Of a stretch of DNA of 64,000 nucleotides, positions 1-10,544 are shown in pieces. The stretch is from an uncultured cyanobacterium (lineage in GTDB: Bacteria; Cyanobacteriota; Cyanobacteriia; Cyanobacteriales; CAWCAG01). The stretch lies in assembly GCA_963793425.1 (NCBI GenBank), contig CAWCAG010000005.1, positions 352,001 to 416,000 on the forward strand. The letters run 5' to 3'. Each line of letters opens with the position of its first letter. Positions within the stretch are counted from its first letter, which is position 1. The notes beneath the pieces are model-generated. The model made no database searches. It had not been told where the DNA came from and saw nothing but the letters and a program-made list of their open reading frames with translations. Both the position numbers and the translations under genes were made by a program.

Positions 1-1
1 A

Positions 2-757
2 GGTTGTGTTGCCCCTTTATCCAAAACCGATAAAGGTAAAGTTAGTTCCATCGCTGTCGGCAACTATGCCAACGATCATCACTATCCTGGTAGAGATTTT
101 TCCCTTCAACCAAAATCCTTAATCTGGGGGGGAAGATGGACTGGCACACCTTTCACAATCCCTTACCATGCCCTCATACCTGCTTCTACAGAAGGTTTAT
201 TGGTGTGTGAAAAGAATATCTCCGTTTCTCATATTGCCAACGGTTGTACTCGCTTACAACCTCTAGTTATGAATATAGGACAAGCCGCAGGTATGGCAGC
301 AGCTTTATGTCTCAAATCAAAATGTCAACCTTGGCAGTTATCTATCAGCAAATTGCAAGAAGCCTTATTAACTGATACCATCGCCCCAGCCGCTATTATT
401 CCTCTGTTTAACCTATCCCCAAAACACCCAGAATGGTTACAATGGCAGTGTCACTACTTAGAACATCCCGAAACTTATCCTCAAGATGGTAACTGTCCTC
501 GTGGAGAAAGCAAAACTATATTTAACTCAGACAGAGAAATAGTTTCCGGAATTTTCCAGAAACAAAATCAAGGAGAGTATAGTCTAGAATTTAACAAGCA
601 TCAGGTGATACTCAAGCAAAAGTTAAGGATAGTTACCCTACATCCAGAAGTTCACCAACAACTATCAAACTATCCTCACCATAAATCTATTTCTCTTTCA
701 GGGCAGTACAACCCCAGTGGCAACTGGTTCGCAGCCGAGCAACTAATTTTAGATTAG
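2..757 (+). CDS. FAD-dependent oxidoreductase, 5'-partial (begins before window)
   Basis: Frame is open from nt 2 (SIAVGNYANDHHYP...WGGRWTGTPFTIPY...EKNISVSHIANGCTRLQP), typical of the cyanobacterial FAD oxidoreductase often found next to patX. Confidence 0.75.
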   Translation, partial: GCVAPLSKTDKGKVSSIAVGNYANDHHYPGRDFSLQPKSLIWGGRWTGTPFTIPYHALIPASTEGLLVCEKNISVSHIANGCTRLQPLVMNIGQAAGMAAALCLKSKCQPWQLSISKLQEALLTDTIAPAAIIPLFNLSPKHPEWLQWQCHYLEHPETYPQDGNCPRGESKTIFNSDREIVSGIFQKQNQGEYSLEFNKHQVILKQKLRIVTLHPEVHQQLSNYPHHKSISLSGQYNPSGNWFAAEQLILD

Positions 758-839
758 GGGGTAAATCTACTCAACAGTTGGGTTTTCCGCATTAGAAATA
801 TCTAATTAGCCCTACCTATTTTGCTCTGACAAAAGCTTA

Positions 840-865
840 TCCGGACATAAGAGATTGCCTCCGTA
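840..865 (+). promoter_or_regulatory. DIF1-type promoter (TCCGGA -35 element, 17 nt spacer, GTA)
   Basis: TCCGGA at 840-845 and GTA at 863-865, just upstream of the RGSGR-peptide ORF. Confidence 0.6.
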
Positions 866-900
866 TCAGGAATATAGAAACCCTGATATGGAGCTATGTC

Positions 901-1116
901 ATGAAAAGAATTATTGCGGTTGTGTTGTTGAGTATACTATCTCTTCCCCTATCTTTCCAGTTAGGAGCAATTGAAAGTGACTCTGCGATGCCTACGGCGA
1001 GCTTTGCCCACGCTAATATCACTGAAGTTCAATCTTCTCACTTCAATTTAGAAGGTGCTACTATCCTAGCTGAAAGAGGAAGCGGTCGTTTTGATACCGG
1101 CCCTTTTCAAGGCTAA
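901..1116 (+). CDS. patX: PatX-family HetR-inhibitor peptide precursor
   Basis: 71 aa, N-terminal signal-peptide-like hydrophobic stretch, ERGSGR at residues 58-63, directly upstream of hetR. Confidence 0.85.
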   Translation: MKRIIAVVLLSILSLPLSFQLGAIESDSAMPTASFAHANITEVQSSHFNLEGATILAERGSGRFDTGPFQG

Positions 1117-1163
1117 ATTGCTTGGGAAGAAATTATTTTCCCAGCAATAATCTTATATCAAGT

Positions 1164-1189
1164 CTCTGCCCAAAACGGCAGAGCTTTTT
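1164..1189 (+). terminator. Rho-independent terminator after patX
   Basis: CTCTGCC-caaaac-GGCAGAG hairpin followed by a T run. Confidence 0.65.
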
Positions 1190-1351
1190 CTTTTCTTGAA
1201 GAATTTCCCAAATCAAGGGATTATGAAATATAATGGTATATATTTTTTCATCGGGGTGCTTGGAGTTATGGGAGTTGGTTCAAGCATCTTGGATCAACCA
1301 TTGGTAAAGCAAAGCAATTTACTACTACACTAGTTGTCCCGCCGAAAGTAA

Positions 1352-2263
<912 letters not shown>

Positions 2264-2308
2264 ATCATTGATCATTGACCATTGACCATTGACCATTAAT
2301 CATTGACC
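2264..2308. repeat. Heptamer tandem repeat (AYCATTG)x6
   Basis: atcattg atcattg accattg accattg accatta atcattg acc, directly after the hetR stop. Confidence 0.9.
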
Positions 2309-2376
2309 GAAAAATTTTGGTTTCAATCCTTTTGCTTCAGCTAGAGGTACTGATAACTGTTTACTGAAATGAACAG

Positions 2377-3030
2377 TTAGGGTAATTCTTCTTGTAACAT
2401 TTTCTGATAAATCCCTGGTAAATGGCGGCTCATGGAATTAGTTTCAATGCCGTATCCTAAACTTGTCCAAGTTCCAGAGAGCAGACGCAAAACTTGTTCT
2501 ATCTTGCCCTGACGTAACAATTGAGCGATATCGACTCCCCAAGCCTGGGGATCGCTCAACCAATCGTGGACAACCTGATCTTGATACATAGGTTCAAAAC
2601 TGTAAGTTTGTCCCCACAACAAACCATTGGTCTTAGAATTGTAGCGTTCTGCTTGTTTTCGCCAAGTAGTGTTGAGAAATTGATATCTCCCTGCTGCGGT
2701 GGAACAGTTGCCTCTATTGGGCCCTACTCGAATGGTGATACAAGTATCAGGGTGTTTGCTTAAATCCTTCGCACGACTACCACCATAAATAAGGGAGTAA
2801 GGACGAGGATCATTAGCTTCGCTGGCTGTAATTGTACGCATTAAAGCACGAATATAAGGATCTCCGCCTTTCATCACTAAAGGCTGAGTACCATAAAATC
2901 CTCTTGGTAAGGTGGGATCAGTCTGCTGTTGGCGGAGAAACTGTTCGACATTGGCTAACAAGAAAATTAGTGCAATTACCACAGCAACATTAACAAAAAT
3001 ACTTCTTTTTTGGGTATTTTCTTGGCTCAT
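2377..3030 (-). CDS. Lysozyme-like muramidase (lambda-endolysin-like) with N-terminal TM anchor
   Basis: RALMRTITASEA, STAAGRYQFLNTTW, F.P..QD, WTSL motifs. Confidence 0.8.
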   Translation of the reverse strand: MSQENTQKRSIFVNVAVVIALIFLLANVEQFLRQQQTDPTLPRGFYGTQPLVMKGGDPYIRALMRTITASEANDPRPYSLIYGGSRAKDLSKHPDTCITIRVGPNRGNCSTAAGRYQFLNTTWRKQAERYNSKTNGLLWGQTYSFEPMYQDQVVHDWLSDPQAWGVDIAQLLRQGKIEQVLRLLSGTWTSLGYGIETNSMSRHLPGIYQKMLQEELP

Positions 3031-3057
3031 TGGTGACTAATAAAATTTTCAGTCTAA

Positions 3058-3714
3058 TTAAACCGTAGCAAATAACTCTCCTAAATCACGTTGTGGCGCT
3101 TCTGCTTTCGCAACAATTTCCACAATTTTATTTTTAGCTTCCGGCTGGAAAAGCGCTTCTACACAAACTTCAGCTACTTTAGTCCGGGGAATACTGCCAT
3201 CAAAGAGAGTATCTGCTGATGACATAACAATAGAGTCTGAGTTATCTTCGTTCTTTAAGCCACCAGGTCGGACGATAGTATAGGTTAAGCCACTTTTGGC
3301 AATATATTCCTCAGCTTGTTTTTTCCAAACTAAAATTAACCAAAATAGGTTAAGGGGATGAAGGAATTTAGATACACATAGAGATGATACTAAGACAAAA
3401 TGCTCAATGTCCTTATCTTGAGAAGTTGTGACAAGGTTTTTTGTTCCTTGATAATCTACTTGATAAGGACCGGTAGGATTGAAGCTAGGAGCCGCACCAG
3501 TAGCACAAATTACTACTGTACTATCACCCATGGCTTCTGCAAGACTTTCTAGCTTCAGCACGTCTCCTACAACCAATTCTACTGCTGCGGGAAGTAGCTC
3601 TTGACCTTTTTCTAAATTTCTCACCAAAGCCCGGACAGGAATATTGCGCTCAATTAACTCTTGAACAATACGTCTTCCGGTTTGTCCTGTAGCCCCGGCT
3701 ACAAATACTTTCAT
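3058..3714 (-). CDS. Atypical SDR NAD(P)-binding oxidoreductase (Tic62-like)
   Basis: VAGATGQTG Rossmann motif, VDYQGTKNL, YTIVRPGGL. Confidence 0.85.
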   Translation of the reverse strand: MKVFVAGATGQTGRRIVQELIERNIPVRALVRNLEKGQELLPAAVELVVGDVLKLESLAEAMGDSTVVICATGAAPSFNPTGPYQVDYQGTKNLVTTSQDKDIEHFVLVSSLCVSKFLHPLNLFWLILVWKKQAEEYIAKSGLTYTIVRPGGLKNEDNSDSIVMSSADTLFDGSIPRTKVAEVCVEALFQPEAKNKIVEIVAKAEAPQRDLGELFATV

Positions 3715-4097
3715 AATAATCTCCTTGAATAGGTTTAGATAAACAACAAAATTTGCTTTTGTGACCGTAAAATCTTATTTATTTATTGTAGATAAGGATT
3801 TGTCAGTTTCCCGCTCTTGATGATTCGGCTTTCTACCCCAGACCAATAAAATCTTCAAAGCTGGTATTTAGTACTTACGTTTAGATAATTAAGGAAATTT
3901 TCAGGGAATAATTGAATTATGTTGAGTAACTTAAGGTATGGGCATAAACATTAATCTCTAAGCTAAGCTGGAAAGAGTTAAACTCTCAGCCTCTTACTTT
4001 TGTGCTAAATTAGCTGCTCTTTTCTACCAACGACAAACAATCAAAGGCGTTTTATGCCGTTACCAGTTGTTAATAACGATAGGATGGATTTTCTGAA

Positions 4098-4808
4098 TTG
4101 CTTTCTAATACTAAATTTCCAATCTTAAAAAACAATTCTCAACTTCAAGAGCAGCAAGAAACAGTTGAAAAAGAACCAATTAACTTTTCTAGTTATTTTC
4201 AAGGTTCTATGGAAATGTATAGTGATCCTCAAACTGTTGCTTCTTATCTAGATGCTCATGAAGACTGGTTTAGCCATTGCGCTCAACCAATGACAGTAGA
4301 GCCTTTAGGAGAAAATAGTTATATTTTGATTGTCGGACGTTTTGGTTCTTTTGGCTATGAGGTGGAACCAAAAATTGCTGTGGAGTTACTTCCTCCAGAA
4401 AAAGGGATTTATCAGATGAAGAGAGTCCCTGTGCCGGACTATAGTTGTCCAGAATATGACGTAGACTATAATGCAGCGATGCAACTCCAAGCAATTGATA
4501 GCAAAGATGTAGAAGAAGATTTCTCCTCGGTAGACTCAAGTGAAAATTTCCAACTACCCAAAATAGTCACTCGCATCAACTGGAATCTTAGTTTAGGAGT
4601 TGCTATTAAGTTTCCTCAGTTTATCTACAAGTTACCCCAATCTCTAATTCAAAAAACAGGGGATCGCGTTTTAACCGAAATTGTTCGCCAGGTATCCCGC
4701 CGCTTAACTTACAAAGTACAACAAGATTTCCATTCTCGCTTCAAGCTACCAATGCCAGGAAATCAATCCAGGAAGCTAGAGCAACAATTGTTTAATGAGC
4801 AAAAATAA
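4098..4808 (+). CDS. DUF1997-family protein
   Basis: YLDAH.DWF..CAQPM, GRFGSFGYEVEPK, IVRQVSRRLT.KVQ.DFH. Confidence 0.75.
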   Translation: MLSNTKFPILKNNSQLQEQQETVEKEPINFSSYFQGSMEMYSDPQTVASYLDAHEDWFSHCAQPMTVEPLGENSYILIVGRFGSFGYEVEPKIAVELLPPEKGIYQMKRVPVPDYSCPEYDVDYNAAMQLQAIDSKDVEEDFSSVDSSENFQLPKIVTRINWNLSLGVAIKFPQFIYKLPQSLIQKTGDRVLTEIVRQVSRRLTYKVQQDFHSRFKLPMPGNQSRKLEQQLFNEQK

Positions 4809-4813
4809 ATTGG

Positions 4814-4836
4814 GGGCGGGCAAAGTTAGCCCGCCC
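4814..4836. terminator. Bidirectional terminator-like hairpin
   Basis: GGGCGGGC-aaagtta-GCCCGCCC between convergent genes. Confidence 0.6.
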
Positions 4837-4859
4837 AGAGGATAAGTAAATAGTTTTAT

Positions 4860-5330
4860 TTACATCTTACTGATAATCTTTTGGACAATTTGCATTCCTG
4901 TTACGGCTTGCCAACCAAATAATCCTAACAGGGTAACATTAATAGCAATATGGCTGCTTCTGGCTATAGTATTTCCTTTTTGCATTAAAGGCACTAAAGA
5001 TGCTGCCACAGCCATTAAGCCCGTCATGGTTAAACCCACAAGTAAATGTGGTCCGACGAAAAGCTTACCGTTATTAATATAGGTGATTGCCATACCACCA
5101 AGATTACCTAAAACCAGAAAAGCTAAAAGGGCTGAGCCAATTAAATGATGTTTGTCTCGGAAATTCTTTTTAACTAATTCTTTTCTCTCCTCTTTATCCG
5201 CATTGCGAGTACGGATGATCTGAATACCAAGATACAAAGCATAAATTGTCGCTCCAAAGATCGTCCACATTAATACCGGATGAAAAAACTGTGACCAAAA
5301 TTTGAGGGTTTCTATTGTCTCTGGACTCAT
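4860..5330 (-). CDS. DUF4079-family membrane protein
   Basis: HPVLMW, TYINNGKLFVGPHLL.GL, WQAVTGMQIV; four TM segments. Confidence 0.8.
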   Translation of the reverse strand: MSPETIETLKFWSQFFHPVLMWTIFGATIYALYLGIQIIRTRNADKEERKELVKKNFRDKHHLIGSALLAFLVLGNLGGMAITYINNGKLFVGPHLLVGLTMTGLMAVAASLVPLMQKGNTIARSSHIAINVTLLGLFGWQAVTGMQIVQKIISKM

Positions 5331-5536
5331 TATGTTCTCCTTATCTCCCTAGAAAGTTTATGAAAATTAACTTAACACAACTAAATATATATCTGAAGAG
5401 AGTGGGGAGTAAGCGAGTAGGTAGCAGGGAAAAGAAAAGCTGATTACTTAAGTTTAAACAATTCCTAACTGGTAAGAAATAAAGGAGGCTTTTCCCCTAG
5501 TCTGAAAACAGAAAGATTTTTGTTGGTGGGTAAATT

Positions 5537-6991
5537 GTGATTTCTAAACAGGATTCTTCCTTAATTCTCGCTGCCCGTGGGGGCAATCTTAAGGAAGTAA
5601 AAATATTACTAAATCATAATGTTGATGTTGATGAGGAAGATAGAGACGGGACAACAGCTTTAATGTTCGCTTCCGGGCAAGGCTATACAGAAATAGTTTT
5701 GTTATTAATTCAAGAGGGGGCCAAAGTTAATCAACCTCGAAGACGCTATGGCTTAACAGCCTTGATGTTGGCAGCAGCAGCTAACCAGAAGGATGTGGTA
5801 GAGGTTTTACTGGGGGCTGGTGCAGAAGTTAACCAGGTTAATGATGATGGTACTCCTGCTTTGATGGTAGCGGCATACAAAGGTAATTTGGCTATTGTTC
5901 AAAAGCTATTGGCAGCAGGGGCAGAGGTTAATGTTAAAGATAAAGATGGAGATACTGCCCTTAATTTAGCTATTGTTCAAGGGAATGTCGGTATTGTCCA
6001 GGCTTTGTTAGCGAAAGGGGCTGAGCCTCAATTGGGGGGTAATGCTTTGAGTTTAGCAGTGGCAAGAGGTCACTTGGAGGTAGTTGAGGCTTTGTTGGAG
6101 TTCGGTATAGAAGCTACTCCTGGGGATCTACAAAAAGCTATTAGTATTAGTAACTCATCTTTAGCCCAACTACTAATTAATCACTGTGACGAGGTTAATT
6201 TTGTTAACGACGAAGGGGAAACTTTGTTGATGACAGCAGCTAACCAAGGTAGGGTGGCTGTAGTGCAGAATTTACTCCAATTTGGGGCAGAAGTCAACAC
6301 GAGAACTCCTGAAGGGGAGACGGCTTTAATGGCAGGGGCAGCAGCAGGGGCAGCAGAGGCGATCGCAGCTTTATTAGCAGCAGGGGCAGAAGTTAATTGT
6401 CAAGATGATGACGGCGAAACAGCCCTACATTTTGGGGCAGTAGAAGGTTATCAAGCAGTATTAGCTACTCTAATTAAAGCTGGTGCAAATGTCAGTTTGA
6501 GAAATAATTTAGGAGATACAGCTTTAATGTTAGCTGCCTTACAAGGACATTCTCCGGCTGTAGAAACTTTAATAGCAGGGGGGGCAGATATTAATGGCAG
6601 TAACCAAAAAGAAACGCCTTTATCTTTAGCCGTATCTCAAGGCTGTACAAAGGTAGTAGATATCTTACTTAAAGCGGGGGTTGATGCTAATACCCGAATG
6701 CCAGATGGTAAAACAGTTTTGATGTTTGCCGCAGATCAAGGAGATATAGCAACAATGGAAAAGTTGCTTCAAGCTGATGCAAAGATAAATTTACGGGACA
6801 CAGCAGGGGCTACGGCTTTAATGTGGGCAGCCCATCGCGGTAATATTCAAGCTGTTGAGATGTTGCTGAAGGTAGAAACAATAGAATTAAACTGTGAAAA
6901 CCAGGGTGGCTATACCGCAACTATGCTTGCTCAGTTTAATGGTTATGAGGATGTGGTAGAGTTACTGAAAAAAGCTGGAACAAAGGAATAG
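5537..6991 (+). CDS. Ankyrin repeat protein
   Basis: Many G.TALM.AA..G....V..LL..GA.VN repeats. Confidence 0.95.
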   Translation: MISKQDSSLILAARGGNLKEVKILLNHNVDVDEEDRDGTTALMFASGQGYTEIVLLLIQEGAKVNQPRRRYGLTALMLAAAANQKDVVEVLLGAGAEVNQVNDDGTPALMVAAYKGNLAIVQKLLAAGAEVNVKDKDGDTALNLAIVQGNVGIVQALLAKGAEPQLGGNALSLAVARGHLEVVEALLEFGIEATPGDLQKAISISNSSLAQLLINHCDEVNFVNDEGETLLMTAANQGRVAVVQNLLQFGAEVNTRTPEGETALMAGAAAGAAEAIAALLAAGAEVNCQDDDGETALHFGAVEGYQAVLATLIKAGANVSLRNNLGDTALMLAALQGHSPAVETLIAGGADINGSNQKETPLSLAVSQGCTKVVDILLKAGVDANTRMPDGKTVLMFAADQGDIATMEKLLQADAKINLRDTAGATALMWAAHRGNIQAVEMLLKVETIELNCENQGGYTATMLAQFNGYEDVVELLKKAGTKE

Positions 6992-7112
6992 TATAGTTGT
7001 TCTAAATAAGAATGAGACACTTTAAGCTGCATTAGAAACCTGTATTAATTGATTCGCGTGTCAGTGTGAGAGATAAGCTTCATGCCCATCTCTTTTTTTA
7101 AGGCAATTTTTA

Positions 7113-7133
7113 GTATAATGATTATCATTATCA
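7113..7133 (+). promoter_or_regulatory. Zur/Fur-type operator overlapping TATAAT
   Basis: gTATAATGATTATCATTATCA resembles the TGATAATNATTATCA 7-1-7 box. Confidence 0.7.
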
Positions 7134-7145
7134 GAAAACCTGCTT

Positions 7146-7898
7146 ATGATTATTGCTGTCGCCAGTCCCCCAGGTGAGGGTAAAACCCACTGGATTCATC
7201 AACAAATAGCCCAAGTCAATGAACCTGTAGGCTATTTCAGCCCTCAAACCGATTCGCTACCCATCGATGTAGTATATTTGCAAAGTGAATATCCCCAACT
7301 CAAGCTTTATCAGACAGGGGAAGAGGCAGCATTAAATAACACCATCACTTATGTTGAAATTCCTTGGTATCTAGATTTAGCGGGAATTGAACCTTTACTG
7401 CAAACTTTTAACTCCCATCGAGTAGCCATAATTCCAGAAGATAACGATAGTACAGAATTAGAGACTTGGGCGGATGAAGTTATTCCAGGAAATAACATCA
7501 CTAAGCCAACTATAGCTTTGCAGATTCATCGGGGGGTTTTGACCGGGGAAATTTTAGATTTCGACAGTCTGGCTACTTTTTGGTTGGAACTTACCCAAGG
7601 TGCTTACGGTGAGGTAGTTCGGGCCAAGGGAATTTTCGATTTAGTGGACGGACAAATTTATTATGGTGACTTTAGATCGGGGAAATCGGAATTAGCATTT
7701 AAACCCTTAAATTTACCCCGTTGGTTAAATGGTAAACCAGATCGCAAGAGTGGTTTTGAAATAGTGGGTAGTAACTTAGATAAGGCTGAAATTGCCCAAA
7801 CCATCCGAGATTGCTGTGTTCCCGAATCGGCAATTAATTATTACCAACAACAAGTAAAAGAGTCTTTAGAAAGTGAACCAGAGGTAGAATTGGTATGA
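7146..7898 (+). CDS. Degenerate COG0523/CobW-like protein with CobW_C-type domain
   Basis: SPPGEGKT Walker-A-like motif; GAYGEVVRAKGIF typical of the CobW C-terminus; operator upstream. Confidence 0.7.
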   Translation: MIIAVASPPGEGKTHWIHQQIAQVNEPVGYFSPQTDSLPIDVVYLQSEYPQLKLYQTGEEAALNNTITYVEIPWYLDLAGIEPLLQTFNSHRVAIIPEDNDSTELETWADEVIPGNNITKPTIALQIHRGVLTGEILDFDSLATFWLELTQGAYGEVVRAKGIFDLVDGQIYYGDFRSGKSELAFKPLNLPRWLNGKPDRKSGFEIVGSNLDKAEIAQTIRDCCVPESAINYYQQQVKESLESEPEVELV

Positions 7899-8710
7899 AA
7901 ATAGCAGTAATGTCTTGTATACATGGTAATTACGCAGCTTTAGATGCTGTTTTACTAGATATTGACCAACAAAAAGCTGAAAAGATTTATTGTCTGGGGG
8001 ATTTAGTGGGTTATGGTCCTTATCCCAATGCGGTAGTCGAACAAATTCGTTCTTTAGATATCCCCACTGTACAGGGTTGTTGGGATGAAGATGTTGTCGA
8101 AGGACTAAATGCCTGTGAATGTAGTTATCCTTCCCTGTTAGCGGAAAAAAGAGGTAAGATCGCCCACGAATGGACAAATAAGCAGGTCAATCCCGAAGTT
8201 AGGGAATATTTGGCACAACTACCCCATACCTATAAAGAAGATAATCTCTGTTTTGCACATGGTAGTCCGAGTAGCAACCACGAATATTTATTACCCGAAA
8301 TGGATGCTTTTACTGCTTTAGAAAGAGTCCTCTCCAGTGATGCAGATATATTATTTTGCGGACATACCCACGTTCCCTATGTTCGTACCCTAGATTCTGG
8401 ACAATTACAGGTAAGCGTTCATCAACCTAACCAAAACGAACAACCTACTGTTAGTTTTAATACTCCCCTGAAGCGAATTATCAATGTGGGTTCGGTAGGC
8501 GAACCCCGTCATGGTCGTCCTAATGCTACCTATGTGATATATGATACGGAGACAGAAGCAGTAAACTTGCGAGAAGTAGAGTATGACTATCAAGCAACCT
8601 GCGCTGCGATATTAGATGCTGGTTTACCGTCGATTTTCGCTTGGCGTTTGGCTAGGGGTTTGGAATTTGCTGAAAAAGCGGACGATCCGACTCATGTTTG
8701 TGAGAGGTAA
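7895..8710 (+). CDS. Metallophosphoesterase family protein
   Basis: SCIHGN, CLGDLVGYGP, AHGSP, CGHTHVP, NVGSVGEPR; ATGA overlap with upstream gene. Confidence 0.9.
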   Translation: MKIAVMSCIHGNYAALDAVLLDIDQQKAEKIYCLGDLVGYGPYPNAVVEQIRSLDIPTVQGCWDEDVVEGLNACECSYPSLLAEKRGKIAHEWTNKQVNPEVREYLAQLPHTYKEDNLCFAHGSPSSNHEYLLPEMDAFTALERVLSSDADILFCGHTHVPYVRTLDSGQLQVSVHQPNQNEQPTVSFNTPLKRIINVGSVGEPRHGRPNATYVIYDTETEAVNLREVEYDYQATCAAILDAGLPSIFAWRLARGLEFAEKADDPTHVCER

Positions 8711-8811
8711 ATAGTTGTGTTTTTGTATCTGGCGATCGCTATTAAGTTTTAGTTTGAGTGATTTTAATAGGAACACTAGCAATAGTTAGTCCAATATTGC
8801 TTTTTTGTTAG

Positions 8812-9675
8812 ATGGTAGACCAAAATAATCAACTATTGTTTGTTCAATTTCTACATCCTGGTAGCGAACATACTCCCGATAGCAACAACCAGAATCATAT
8901 TAGCTGGAATCAAAATGGTCATAAACGCAAGTTTATGAAAAACCCCGGAATATATTTAAAAAACAATCGCAAAATAACTTCCTATCTAGTTTTTTGGGGA
9001 GAATGGGAACCTCAATCAGATGTCGTTCAAAAATTGAAAGCAAAGAAAAAAGGAGAGCCACAATATCTTTACCAACCATACTTTTCTCTTCCACAACATA
9101 GTCGGTTTTTACAAAATACAGATCCTTTTGTTTTTGGGGATAACTTTTACTATGTTTGTTGTCAGCAAGCGACCAAACGAGGTTTTACTCAGCTTAAATT
9201 TTTAGAATCTGGTTCGGTTATTTTATTTGGTTCTTGTTTGAATAAAAAATTTGTCTTAGATACAGTGTTTGTTATTGATCGCTATTATGAAATTGAATCT
9301 TTAACGCAAATATCTCAGTATGTGTCTGATACTTATGTTGATATAACTCTAAGACATATTTTAAACTATACGCCTCCAAGTCCTAGTAAGTGTAATACTA
9401 ATCAAAACTTTCGTCTATATGTAGGTGCAACTTTTGATAATCCTATAAACGGAATGTTCAGTTTCTTTCCTTGTTTACCTTATAGCGATGGAATTAACAA
9501 AGGTTTTTCTCGTCCAATAATTGAAATTTCCAGTGTAATTTCAGGTTTAAAAAATCAGGGTTATAAATTAACGCGAAATTGCAATTCAAAGCAACTTTGG
9601 CAAGAAACAAAAAGTCAAGTTGAACAAGCTGGCTTAGAAATAGGAATTCATTCGGAATTACCGCCCAAAAAATGA
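8812..9675 (+). CDS. Hypothetical protein (AT-rich, inserted)
   Basis: 287-aa ORF with motif-like segments FLHPGSEH, HKRKF, FWGEWEP, NTDPFVFG..FYY.CCQQ, GSVILFGS. Confidence 0.7.
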   Translation: MVDQNNQLLFVQFLHPGSEHTPDSNNQNHISWNQNGHKRKFMKNPGIYLKNNRKITSYLVFWGEWEPQSDVVQKLKAKKKGEPQYLYQPYFSLPQHSRFLQNTDPFVFGDNFYYVCCQQATKRGFTQLKFLESGSVILFGSCLNKKFVLDTVFVIDRYYEIESLTQISQYVSDTYVDITLRHILNYTPPSPSKCNTNQNFRLYVGATFDNPINGMFSFFPCLPYSDGINKGFSRPIIEISSVISGLKNQGYKLTRNCNSKQLWQETKSQVEQAGLEIGIHSELPPKK

Positions 9676-9810
9676 ATAGTTTAAAATTTGTATGACTTTT
9701 TATATTTGTAAGAGGTAAATAAATTTGGTAATTCTAAATTAAAGTTAATACTCTAAACATAGACAATCGCTCCTAACCTAGAAACTACACAGGTGATCGC
9801 AAATCAATAA

Positions 9811-10140
9811 CTAATCTTCATCTCCAAGATCATCTTCAGTAAGTAAAGATTGAGAAGTATGACGAACAAAAAGAATAAATACAATATCTTCGCGAATTGT
9901 AAATAAAATTCTATATCTATTTCTCGATTTACCATAAAGCAGTTGTCGCACTTCTTCAGAAAACACCTCACTTTCTGTAGCTAAAGAACAACGTTGGGGT
10001 TTTTCTTGTAAAGAAGCAATCGCATTCATCAATCCTTTAAACCATTCATCTGCATAAGTAGGATTGCGTTTTTTCAGCCAGAGATAAACAGTTTCGATTT
10101 GTAATTCTGCTGCTTTAGTCGTTCTAACTTGAAATGTCAT
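9811..10140 (-). CDS. RelE/ParE-family type II toxin
   Basis: 109 aa; YRILFTI...VFILFVRH C-terminus; overlaps antitoxin. Confidence 0.85.
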   Translation of the reverse strand: MTFQVRTTKAAELQIETVYLWLKKRNPTYADEWFKGLMNAIASLQEKPQRCSLATESEVFSEEVRQLLYGKSRNRYRILFTIREDIVFILFVRHTSQSLLTEDDLGDED

Positions 10141-10414
10141 GTTTGTACTGCATTTCTTGCATAAATTCAGCTAAAGGACGAGTTTCTCCTGATTCTACAT
10201 CTGTTAATCCTTGTTTAATACCTGCGATCGCTTCTAGCCTTTCAATTTTTTCTAAAAGCTGTTGATAAGATTTGGCATCTTGTACCACTACTTCAGCTTT
10301 GCCATTCACCGTTAAAACTATGGGTTCTCCCGTTTGTTTCATTTGGGCGATCACATTAGAGGTATTGCGTTTGAAGTTGGAAAGAGATTGAATATCTCTA
10401 CTAATATCGAGCAT
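10124..10414 (-). CDS. Phd/YefM-family antitoxin
   Basis: SLSNFKRN...TGEPIVLTVNGKAEVVV; ATTAAAT-N9-ATTTAAT palindrome upstream at 10418-10440. Confidence 0.88.
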   Translation of the reverse strand: MLDISRDIQSLSNFKRNTSNVIAQMKQTGEPIVLTVNGKAEVVVQDAKSYQQLLEKIERLEAIAGIKQGLTDVESGETRPLAEFMQEMQYKHDISS

Positions 10415-10508
10415 AAAATTAAATCAGCACTAAATTTAATGTCAATTTAATCTTATTCTATCTGGCAATCGTGGCAAAAATATTACTAAACTCTTCTGTA
10501 ATTTATAG

Positions 10509-10528
10509 ATATAATGATTATCATTCTT
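10509..10528 (+). promoter_or_regulatory. Zur/Fur-type operator overlapping TATAAT
   Basis: aTATAATGATTATCATTCTT, same core as at 7113. Confidence 0.7.
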
Positions 10529-10544
10529 AAAAACACACAAATTA

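Noticed and set aside
755..775. Possible HetR binding site (GGGGGTAAATCTACTC) upstream of patX
   Set aside because: Right half does not fit GGG-N5-CCC symmetry; too weak
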